From the human T2T-CHM13v2.0 reference genome, Homo sapiens: a stretch of DNA of 64,000 bases. Location of the stretch: the NCBI RefSeq assembly GCF_009914755.1, contig NC_060942.1, one strand, 5' to 3'. The position numbers were made by a program, and so were the translations under genes. Each line of letters starts with the position of its first letter. The first letter of the stretch is position 1. Below the pieces are notes generated by a model. The model did not search any database. It worked only from the letters and a program-made list of their open reading frames with translations, and was not told the DNA's origin. Below are positions 53,203 to 64,000 of the stretch, piece after piece.

Positions 53203-55444
53203 GATTTAAAGATCTTAGAGAATTTCTTAATCAACTTGGAGTACCTAGCAATACTTTGAGTAGGGGAGAGCAATGCCCCTTGATTTTCATAAAGCCTCAT
53301 TACTTTATGTACGATAGGTAATTATCTGAAAGAATTCAGTATGTGGTTGTAACAGCTTAAGAAATGCTGGGCAATCTAAAAGAAAAACAATAGTTCATTA
53401 AAAATATTATGCCACATCTGGCCTTTGATCTATTCCTTGTTATTCTTTCAGTAAGTCTAAACTGCATTTATTTTGTTTCTTATTCATGATCCCTGTTCTC
53501 AGATCTGTATATTTTTGTTTGCAATATCCATTTTATCTCTAACGCTCTTTTTCTAGTCATTTCATGTCTAAATTATATTTTTTAATTTATCCTAATTTTC
53601 AACTCCTCAGTGAAAATTTTATAATCTGAAATGCTCTTCTAAACATTTGTTCACCTCATAGTGTAAATATTTGCATACATTCTATCTCCTTTGTGTGAGT
53701 GTAGGCCCCTGGTACATACGGATTAGGTCTTATTCAACTCTGTATTCCCTACAAAGTTTAAAATGAAATTAACTATGTATTAGACATGCAATACATACTT
53801 GTCAAATTTATCAATATAAATTTACAAATAACAAGCAAACATATGTTATTCTACTAAGTAGGAAAATGACTAAAGAAGGAAGACTCCTGTTTTTGCCTTA
53901 TACCTGAAAGGAGTTTATCTTCTTGTTTAATCCTTTCTGTCCTCTCTTTTAGTGCAAGACATTATGTCCAGCAATTAAGCAGTTAGAGATCATGAGTGAG
54001 ATGTTTATCTATGCCATTCAGAAGCAACTGCCAACAATGAAAATCAGCATTTTCCCCCTACTAGAGCCTTTAGCAACTGCGAAGAGTGTCTCACTGAATG
54101 GCATGTGACACTGATTACATTATCTGGTGATAAAAGAGTCACGGTTAGATAAAACCTTTTGCCAATGTGTATATTGCAGCTCCAACCCAAATGAGCAAAA
54201 CCCCCCTTCCCACTAATGTGGATCTTGGAGCAGTAGAAGACAGAGACTTCTGCTACCCTCCATCATTCCAGCAAGGTTCTGTTCAATAATATGTGGCAGT
54301 AATTTAGTTGTAATTAAACAAGACCTGATATATTATTTCCTAATGATCTCCAGTGAAGTCATCTCCCACTTGCTTTCCAGCGCTTCTAATTAGGCAATAA
54401 GGGTTATATCATGAGCAATAAAGATCACTTTTCTGGGCTAGTGATGAGGGATTAGAGAGTACGCAGGGAGGCTTTCATGGCCCAGAGTGAGAGGCAGGTA
54501 GGCGGCAGTTTTGAATGGAACATCCTCCATTCCTCTTGCCATCTGCTCCCAAATTACCTAGGTGGCAGGTACTGATGAGGAACAAATTGAAATGAAGCTA
54601 GAATAAGAAGCTTGAAGCCATCAGTCACCAGCCTAGCAATTTAAATCACAGCTTTATGTGCGTGGTTTCTTTGTATAATTATTCGTGTGCTTTATTTATT
54701 TCCGAGTCTTTCATATCCACTTGCTTGTCGAATCCCCAGGAAACTCAAGAGAATTAAAATAGGTAGTTAATATTTTCACTCTTTAATGCTTACAGAGCTC
54801 AGGGTCCCAGACTTTGAAGTGGCATGCACATTGTTGGAAGGTTACAGCATTCGCAATTGTTCACAACTAACTCCTGCCACAGAGTCCACTCTAATGCTGT
54901 TTTGATTATTTTTTCTGCAATATTAATAAGTAGAAATGCTCTTCTCTCTTCCTTCGCAGATTCTTAGCTGAGAAGAAAAGGCTGTTACCCTTCTTTGATT
55001 TCCTTCAGTTCATTTAGGGCAGTGGTAAACAAAGGAGGCTCTGGCCCTCCATCTGTTTTTGTAATGAAGGGTATTTCAGTGAAAAGCTCGGCACTGTTAA
55101 TAGTACACTCTTCTAATTTTGGATACTATGAAAGCTATTTCATAACTCTAGATTGTAAGTAACTGAGAGAAAGGCAAAAATAATTCTTATGTATAGATAT
55201 GCAACTAAAAATTTTGTCCAGTGGAGGGACATACTTCCTTTCTCCTTGTGGAAGAGCCAGTTTTCCTTTTATTGGCAGATTCATTGTAATATCTTGATCA
55301 ATAAATGTGTCTGTTTCTTGACTTCTGCTTTGAGTTGGTTGTAATATCTGATTTTCTCATATGAGTTAAATAAAATCTTTAACTCATGTTCATTTTTATC
55401 TATGAGTCATTTTTATTCTTTAAAAAAAAGCATCATTTAACAGT

Positions 55445-55607
55445 AAATAAATTTCCATTGGGTTACATGTTGCCTATAGATTGTTTCTCACTGAAGTAGC
55501 AGAGTTGAGTAATTGTAGCATGAGCAGTTGTAATAAAGACTGTATGGCCAAAAAAGCAAAAACCATTTACTATCTGACCCTTTGCAGAAAAAGTTTACAG
55601 ACCTGCA
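55445..55607 (-). mobile_element. MER58 fragment
   Basis: GCAGAGTTGAGTA..GACTGTATGGCC..ATTTACTATCTGACCCTTTGCAGAAAAAGTTT. Confidence 0.8.
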
Positions 55608-56214
55608 TCTAAAGCACATATATCCAGCCAAGCCCTATGCATCTCAAGGAGCCACCAAACTCCAGACATAGGGAGTCATTTAGAGAAAGCTGGTAAGTGG
55701 TGTTTTAACCTAATAAAGTTGATGAGATAAAAGGGGAGAGGAAATGAACATAAAGCAGGTAAAGTGTAGAAGCATCTTTGTGTCTCAGGTGTGGCTTTTA
55801 GTGTTTTTTCTACATGTTCAGGCATCAGCATTGTGGCATAAATAAGAACCAGTATCATAAGCCTTCACTTTTTTCTAAATTGCTAAAAGAGCTATTTTGG
55901 TGTATAAGATTTGGTTTTGGACTAGACGTTAGGAGACTTGCTATGATTAGCTGTGGGAAATTTAGCAAATTTTTATATTTCTTGGCTTGAGCTTTTTCAA
56001 AGGTATAATGCATATATAATTTTTGGACTCATTTTAATATTCTTTTTATGTTTATCCTTTAGAGAATACTGAGATTGATTTTTTTTTTCTGGTTGAAGCT
56101 ATTTTCTGGAGGAAAATCAGAATAAATCAGATCAGACTATTTTGTCCCAAAACATATGGAACTTGTGTTTAGAGCCTTTTATAAAACTAACACATTGGAT
56201 TAGAAAATCATCTA

Positions 56215-58612
56215 CCGGCATACCTCAAATATATTGCTGGTTCAGTTTCATATCACGACAATAAATCAAATATTGAATATCATAATAAAGCAAGTCACGC
56301 AATCGTTTTGGTTTTCCAGTGCATATAAAAGTTATATTTACACTGTAGTCTATTAAAACGTGTGCAATAGCATTATGTCAAATAAATATACATATATTAA
56401 TGAAAAAATACTTTATTGCTAGAAAATGCTAGTAGTCATCTAAGCCTTCGGCGAGTCTTAATCTTTTTGCTGGTGGAGAGTCTTGTCTTAATGTTGATGG
56501 CTGCTAGCTGATCCGGTGCTGACGGTTGGGGTGGTTGTGGAAATAAGACAACGATGAAGTTTGCCCCATTGATGGACTATTTCTTTCACAAAATATTGGT
56601 TTATAGCATGAGATGCCATTTGATAGCATTTTACCCGCAGTACTTCTTTCAAAATTGAGTCAATCCTCCCAATCCCTGCTGCTGCTTTATCAACTAAGTT
56701 TATGTAATATTCTAAATCGTTTGTTATCATTTCACCAATGTTGAAAGCTTCTTCACCAAGAGTAGATTCCATCTCAAGAAACCACTTTCTTTGCTCACCT
56801 ATAAGAAATAATTCCTCATCTATTCAAATATGATCATAAGATTGCAGAAATTCAGTCACATCTTCAGGCCCCACTTCTAATTCTAGTTTTCTTGCTATTT
56901 TCTCCATATCTACAGTTGTTTCCTTCACTGGAATGCTGAACTCCTCAAAGTCATCCATGAGGGTTGGAATCAACTTCTTCCAAACTCCTATTAATGTTGA
57001 TATTTTGACCTCCTCCTATGAATTATGAATGTTCTTAATGATATCTAAAATGGTGAATACATTTCAGAAGGTTTTCAATTTACTTTGCTCAGATACATCA
57101 GAGGAATCACTGTCTATGGCAGCTATAACCTTACAAAGTGTATTTCTTAAGTAATAAGACTTGAAAGTCAAAATTACTTCTTAATCCACTAGCTACAGAA
57201 TAAATGTTGTGTTAGCAGGCAGAAAAACAACATTAACCTCCGTACACATCTCCAGCACAGCTCTTGGGTGACCAGGTACATTGTCATTTACCAGTAATAT
57301 TTTGAAATGAATAATTTTTTTTGAGTGGTAGGTCTCAACAGTGGGCTTAAAATATCAGGAAACCATACTGTAAACAGATAAGCTGTCATCCTGGTTTGTT
57401 CCATTTATAGAACACAAACAGAGTAGGTTTAGTATAATTCTTATGAGCTCTAGAATTTTCAGAATGTTAATGAGCATTGGCTTCAACTCAAAGTCAGCAG
57501 CTGCATTAACACCTAACAAGGAAGTCAACTTGTTCTTTAAAGCTATGAAACCAGGCATTGACTTCTCCTCTCTAGTTATAAAAGTTCTAGATGGCACCTT
57601 CTTCCAATAGAAGGCTCTTTAACCTACTTTGAAAATCTATTGCTTAGTGTAGCCACCTTCATCAATTATCTTAGGTAGATCTTCTGGATAACCTGCTGTC
57701 ACTTCTACATCAACACTTGCTGCTTGACCTTGCACTTTTATGTTATGGACGTGACTTCTTTCCTTAAACCTCATGAACCAATCTCTGCTAGCTTCAAACT
57801 TTTCTTCTGTAGCCTCTCCACCTCTCTCAGCCTTTATAGAATTGAAGAAGGAGTTTTTCTCTAGATTAGGTTTTGGCTTAAGCGTATGTTGTGGCTGGTT
57901 TGATTTTTTTTTAATCCAGACAACCCAAACTTTCTCCAGATCAGCAACAAGGCTGTTTTGCTTTCTTATTATGCCTGTGTTCACTGAAGTAGCACATTTA
58001 ATTTCATTCAAGTATTTTTCATTTGAATTCACAATTTGCCTAAACTTTGCACTCACAATTTGGTACAAAAGGGCTGGCTTTCAGCCTGCCTCAGCTTTCA
58101 ACATGCCTTTCTCACTAAGCTTCATTATGTCAAGCTTTTAATTTAAAATGAGAGACCTGTGACTCTTTCATTTACTTGAACACTTAGAGGCAATTGTAGG
58201 GTTATTCACTGACCTAATTTCAATATTGTTATGTCTCAGGGAATAGAGAGGTCCAAGGAGAGAGAGATAGGCAGATGGCTGGTCAATGGTGCATCCAGAA
58301 CACATACAACATTTAACAAATTAAGCTTACTTTCTTATATGGGTGTGATTCATAGTGCCCCAAAACAATAACAATAGTAACCTCAAAGATCTCTGATCAC
58401 AAATTACTGTAAAAGGTGTAAAAATAATGAAGTTTGAAATAGTGCAAGAATTATCAAAATATGACTCAGAGACATGAAGTGAGCACATGCTGTTGGAAAC
58501 TGGCAGCAATAGACTCACTTGATGCAGGATTGCCACAAACCTTCAATTTGTAAAGAACACAATATCTGAGAAGCGCAATAAAGTAAAGCACAGATTCAAT
58601 GGGGTATGCCTG
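56215..58612 (-). mobile_element. Tigger1, near full length (2398 bp), transposase disrupted
   Basis: TA TSDs at 56213-56214 and 58613-58614. TIRs CCGGCATACCTC / GGGGTATGCCTG. Transposase fragments at 57637..58068 ([18 protein letters not shown]), 57355..57597 ([17 protein letters not shown]) and 56488..56772. Confidence 0.95.
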
Positions 58613-59109
58613 TATTCCAACCTGCTCCTACCTCAGAATGACTGAGCTGTTCGAGGTCAAGGTGAAAGGTAGCAAAGTTACCTTTGAAAAAAGGCTAGCA
58701 AAGGGGCCTTGGCTGGACTTTAGAGATCCTGGCAAGAAAATTAAAATCTGAATTTTATTTGTAGGGGTCATCCAAGAAAATATTGCAACTTACTTTATCT
58801 TATTCATCTGTGTTAGGTAGTGCATATGCTGCTATCAGTTCAAACTCTGATGTCAGTGAAGTTCATTTTGGGGTCTCTCTACCCTCATCTTGACTTTTCT
58901 TTTCTCAGTTACTCTCTTCTTCTCAAGTACCAATACCAAGATTTCTCATGCTGTATTCTATACTGCAACCATATCTGGTCTGCCATGAGGTTTTTAAATC
59001 AGTCCTGTTATGAACCCTCAATGTCTCAACTACAAAATCAAATTCCCTTGCCTAACTTACACAATCTTCTTTTTTTCTCTTCTTTTTTCTCCCTTCTCTC
59101 TTTCTTTTA

Positions 59110-60200
59110 TTTGACAATTATTTACTGAACGCATATCACTAGGATTCCAGGATACACTGGTGAACACAAAAAAATATAGTCCTTGGCCTCATGGATCTTT
59201 TAGTCTAATGAGAGAGGTAGCCATTATGTAACTCACTGAGTTTAAAAACTGTAAAATTTCAACAGTGAACATTTTATGTAGAAGAAATACAAGGTGCTAT
59301 TAAAAATAGGAAGGATAAATTTTATCTATTAAAAAAATAAAGTTTTCCCTGAGGAAAGTACTCTTGAACTCTGAAAAGCCAGCAGAATATTACTATGTAA
59401 TGAGAAAGAGAAGAGCTTTCAGGGAAGAGCAAAGATACATATAAAGCAGCACTATGATGGTTAGGTTTATGTGTTAACTTGACTGGGCTAAGGGATGCCC
59501 AGATAGCTGGAAAAACATTATTTTTGGATGTGGCTGTGAGGCTCTTTCCAGAAAGGATTAGCATGAAAATCAGTAGACTGAGTAAAAAAAGATCATCCTC
59601 ACCAGTGTGGGCCAGTATCATCCATCCATGGAGAGTCCAAATAGTACATAGAGAGAAAGGAAGTATAAACTCATTTTCTCTTCTTAAGATAGAATATCCA
59701 TCTTCTCTTGCCCTTGAACATTGGCTGTTCTTCATCGTCAAGCCCTCAGATTTGGAACAGGACTTATGTATTTGCCTCCTTGTTTCTCAGGTCTTCAGTG
59801 TTGGACCGGAACTACACCACTAATTTTCCCAGACCTCCACCTTGCAGATGGCATATCATGGGACTCTCAGCCTCCATAATCAAATGAATAAGACAATCGC
59901 TCAAATATCTCTCCTCCTCCGACTTATTGGTTTTGTTTCTCTGAAAAACCCTGACTGATATGAGCACTAAAGAAATAGAGAAAAATCAGATGGGCTGTGG
60001 TGGAATGAATGAGAGACTATGAGTAGGATTCGTCAAATTAGATTGATCCTAACTATGACAATGCAGAGCTTTACAGTCCATTTACAGCCTTATCTTGAAG
60101 AGTGATTTTACCTAAAGAGAGGGTCTCACTGACCGTAGTGTGGAGAAGAGATTGGGGAAAGCCAGAGTACAGTTGAGTACATAAGTTAGTGATTCATTGC
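59110..60200 (-). mobile_element. L2 fragment interrupted by MLT2
   Basis: ATTTACTGAACGC..GGATACACTGGTGAAC..GTCCTTGGCCTCATGGA; L2-like sequence resumes after the LTR. Confidence 0.6.
59453..59962 (+). mobile_element. MLT2B-type solo LTR (ERVL)
   Basis: TATGATGGTTAGGTTTATGTGTTAACTTGACTGGGCTAAGGGATGCCCAGATAGCTGG ... TCTCTGAAAAACCCTGACTGATATG. 5-bp TSD AGCAC at 59448-59452 and 59963-59967. Confidence 0.92.
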
Positions 60201-60229
60201 AGTTCATCACGGAGTAGAACTAGCCAACA

Positions 60230-60428
60230 TAAAAGAGTTCTTGTTACATACACAGCATTATTCTAAGACATTCACTAATCTTCGTTCATGTTCCTCTGTT
60301 TTGTGGATGAGCAAACTGAATGCTGGGAGGTTAAATAATTGCCCTGATTACATAGTTAATAACGGTGGAGAGGGATTGACACACAAGAAGTAAAAATCCA
60401 GAATTTATATTCTTAACTACTATACTTT
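60230..60428 (-). mobile_element. MIR
   Basis: TTTTGTGGATGAGCAAACTGAATGCTGGGAGGTTAAATAATTGCCC..TCTTAACTACTATACT. Confidence 0.75.
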
Positions 60429-60498
60429 GTTTCCTCTGGAAAATTCTGCACAATGGCCAAGAAAGTTGATATTAGAGGGATTTCCCCATCCGACAACA

Positions 60499-60499
<1 letters not shown>

Positions 60500-60544
<45 letters not shown>
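60500..60544. repeat. (CA)22 microsatellite
   Basis: Read directly from the sequence. Confidence 0.95.
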
Positions 60545-60546
<2 letters not shown>

Positions 60547-60904
60547 TGTGTGTGTATACACATAAATACATATACATTTACATTCATATCCACTGATTTA
60601 TCACATTCAAATGTCCCACAGTTTGAAAGTCATTAAAGACAGAAATTTATGGGACAGGCAGATATAGAAATCAGGGTATGGTTTAAAAATACTGAAGAGA
60701 GCAGATAAATACAGAAAACATGTTTACTGTACAGAAGAGGTCCTGTGGGGAATGTATTTCTGATTGTCTCAATGTGAAACCTCAGCAAGCACTAAAGGCC
60801 ATTGGCCATATAGCACTTAGGAAAATCAATGCTTGTTGCATTCCACCTGGATTGGTGCTTACAGAGTCTACCCTGAGTCTCCCTCATAGGACAATGAGAC
60901 CCAT

Positions 60905-61030
60905 GTACTTATTAGCTGTGAACTTAAATCAAGTTACTTAACCTCTCTGAACTTGAGCCTTGTATCTGAAATGTTTCAGTAAGATCTACTCCAAAAAGTT
61001 CTTTTGAAGATTCGAATACATGGCACATCT
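60905..61030 (+). mobile_element. MIR core fragment
   Basis: ACTTATTAGCTGTGAAC..CAAGTTACTTAACCTCTCTGAAC..ATCTGAAATG. Confidence 0.7.
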
Positions 61031-62249
61031 GCAAATATTTTTTTCTTTCACTGCCTATTTCTAAGATTTTTTTATTCATTGACTGCCTCCCCAACTTAAT
61101 CCCTCTTACACTCCCTCTCTCCTCTTCCATCTTCCTTCACTTCCTATTTTGATTTTTTTCTAAAAATTTTTGCATCAATTAATAAGAAGGAAACAGATAA
61201 GGATTCTTACACTGTTTTGTTATTCTTTAAATCCATCTGTCCATCTATCAAGAGACTGAAAAATAAAATACAGTATGTACATTCTCATATTTGTTCTTTG
61301 ATCAACTAGACTTACCTAAAATTAATCAGAAGGCAGATTGAGAAATATACAACACTATATTCCTTTTTATTCTTTCTTCTTAAAACAATACACAGGCACC
61401 CAAAGGTCATTCCTTTATTACTGTAAGCATAACTTCTTTTTACTTTCAATTATATGTTTGGATTTTACTAAGGTTGTACTACTTTTCAAAAGACACTATT
61501 TTCAAAAAGGCATCTATTTCTCACTATTGGAATTTCCATTTTAGAACAATTAGATCCTGCTGGTGAACTTTTAAGAACAGAAAGACTGGGTTGCAAGCAC
61601 ATGGTTGCTAAGTGAATAGTGCTGTTTTCTTAAGGATTTTTGTTGTTTTCCCATTATTTACATGAGTCTTGTCACTTCATCTCCTCCTTATTGACATCAG
61701 CACTGCCGGGGAGAGCTGCTGGGAAATGCTGTATCTTCCTGGAGCTTCACCCTTTTACCATGCATTATGAATAATTGAATTAATTATTCAAGACAGGATT
61801 TATGCTTCCATCAATGTAAACAGGCTGACCTCTTCACTAATAGGCCATCTTTGAGAAAGCCTTAGCTGCTGACCCAACCATTGACCCGTAAGGTTTGAGT
61901 TTATTTCAAGAAGTAGCCAAGATCCACATTCTGAATTGAGATGAGGTGACCCACAGCCCTAAACTTACTGCCCTGATTTTAGACATACGCAGAAACTCTT
62001 CAAAGTGTGACATAAGCTTAGGCGCTTGGCCAAAGAGAAACATAAAACAACAACAGGGAAATGTTTTACTGTAAAATGTTAGCTCACTTAATTCTTTTAA
62101 TTTTCTTGCAATAATATATTAAACCCTGTCCAAACCCCAAAAGGATATGTTGGAAAAAATGTCACAGGCACCTTACCCTTAAATCTGGAACATGGAGAGA
62201 GATCTTTTGGTTCCTACATACACAGCCTCACAGGTTACATTACTAATAA

Positions 62250-62691
62250 ATTCTTGGAAAAAATATTTGCAGATCACATATTATAAGCAGCTTTTACTTA
62301 GAATATATAAAAACTCTTACAACTCAATAATAAAAAGTCAAATTACCGAATTTAAAATGGACAGAGGATCTAAATACACATTTCACCAAAGAAAATACAA
62401 AAATGGCCAATAAGTACATGAAAAGATGCTCACTGTCATGTGCCAGGAGAGAAATGCAAATCAAAACCAAAATGAGATAGTACTTCTCACTCAATAGGAT
62501 GGCTGTAATCCAAAACAGGGTATAACAAGCATTAGTAAGGAGGTAGAAAAATGGAAACACTCATACATTGTTGATGGGAATATAAAATGGTGCAATCACT
62601 TTGAAAAACAGTCTACTGTTTTTTTTTTTTTTTGAAAGATTAACCAGCGAGATACCATATGATCCAGCAAGTCCTCTCCTAGATATATACC
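62250..62691 (+). mobile_element. L1MA/L1MB ORF2 3' fragment (host of the following insertion)
   Basis: AAAATATTTGCA, ATGAAAAGATGCTCA, GAAATGCAAATCAAAACC, then an abrupt break after CCATATGATCCAGCAAGTCCTCTCCTAGATATATACC. Confidence 0.8.
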
Positions 62692-62877
62692 TTGGATGCA
62701 GTTCCCTGAGCCAGCCAGAGAAGTGCTAGGCTGTCCCATGGGCCCTGCTGCACTGGCAGTGGGCTTGTTGGTCTGGCTAAACTCCCAGAGCCCCTGAAAG
62801 CACCCATGGGGCCAGCCCTGCGCCTCAGTGAATGAAGCTGCTGTTTCTGGAGCCTCTCTACCTCCCAGACTCTTCTT

Positions 62878-64000
62878 ATCAAGTGGGCTTCATCCCTGGG
62901 ATGCAAGGCTGGTTCAACATATGCAAATCAATAAACATAATCCAGCATATAAACAGAACCAAAGACAAAAAACACATGATTATCTCAACAGATGCAGAAA
63001 AGGCCTTTGACAAAATTCAACAGCCCTTCATGCTAAAAACTCTCAATAAATTAGGTATTCATGGGATGTATCTCAAAATAATAAGAGCTATTTATGACAA
63101 ACCCACAGCCAATATCATACTGAATGGGCAAAAAACTGGAAGCATTCCCTTTGAAAACTGGCATAAGACAGGGATGCCCTCTCTCACCACTCCTATTCAA
63201 CATAGTGTTGGAAGTTCTGGCCAGGGCAATAGGCAGGAGAAAGAAATAAAGGGTATTCAATTAAGAAAAGAGGAAGTCAAATTGTCCCTGTTTGCAGATG
63301 ACATGATTGTATATTTAGAAAACCCCATCGTCTCGGTCCAAAATCTCCTTAAGCTGATTAGCAACTTCAGCAAAGTCTCAGGATACAAAATCAATGTGCA
63401 AAAATCACAAGCATTATTATACACCAATAACAGATAAACAGAGAGCCAAATCATGAGTGAACTCCCATTCACAATTGCTTCAAAGAGAATAAAATACCTA
63501 GGAAGCCAACTTACAAGGGATGTGAAGGACCTCTTCAAGGAGAACTACAAACCACTGCTCAATGAAACAAAAGAGGACACAAAACAAATGGAAGAACATT
63601 CCATGCTCATGGATAGGAAGAATCATGAAAATGGCCACACTGCCCAGGGTAATTTATAGATTCAATGCCATCCCCATCAAGCTACCAATGACTTTCTTCA
63701 CAGAATTGGAAAAAAACTACTTTAAATTTCATATGGAACCAAAAATGAGCCCACTTTGCCAAGGCAAAAGCCAAAAGAACAAAGCTGGAGGCATCACACT
63801 ACCTGACTTCAAACTATACTACAAGGCTACAGTAACCAAAACAACATGGTACTGGTACCAAAACAGAGATATAGACCAATGGAACAGAACAGAGCCTCAG
63901 AAATAATACCACACATCTACAACCATCTGATCTTTGACAAATCTGACAAAAACAAGAAATGGGGAAAGGATTCAATATTTAATAAACCATCATGCTGGGA
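62878..64000 (+). mobile_element. L1PA4/5-like element, 5'-truncated within ORF2, running off the window
   Basis: ORF2 RT region [36 protein letters not shown], with frameshifts and a stop at 63435-63437. Confidence 0.93.

Noticed and set aside
54555-54568. Second CTCF-like motif TACCTAGGTGGCAG
   Set aside because: It mismatches the 5' CCA of the core, which is too weak without ChIP data.

Overview
This is human (or very closely related primate) genomic DNA. It is AT-rich and intergenic or deep-intronic in character, and I can support no protein-coding gene, structural RNA gene or CRISPR array. Much of the window is transposable elements, recognised from remembered consensus sequences, so subfamily names are approximate. 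These include seven Alus (one a human-specific AluYb9), young and old L1s, L2 and MIR fragments, solo LTRs (MER52, MER4A1, MER57A, MLT1, MLT2), a near full-length Tigger1, MER75 (piggyBac), a Tigger4 derivative, MER30, MER58 and MER5. The long ORFs in the track come from repeats or low-complexity sequence. I found no new 'system' in the gene-cluster sense. The most interesting signals are structural. (1) A 5'-inverted L1PA4-like insertion carries a ~290-bp 3' transduction with its own AATAAA and poly(A), all inside a 14-bp target-site duplication (35093-37601). (2) Its inverted ORF2 piece shares four derived changes, including a stop codon and a frameshift, with an oppositely oriented L1PA ~27 kb away. 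(3) That second L1 has an unexplained 186-bp GC-rich segment fused to its 5' end, which supplies an in-frame ATG. (4) There are several micro-scale template-switch scars. (5) There is a strong CTCF motif and a few candidate non-coding exons.
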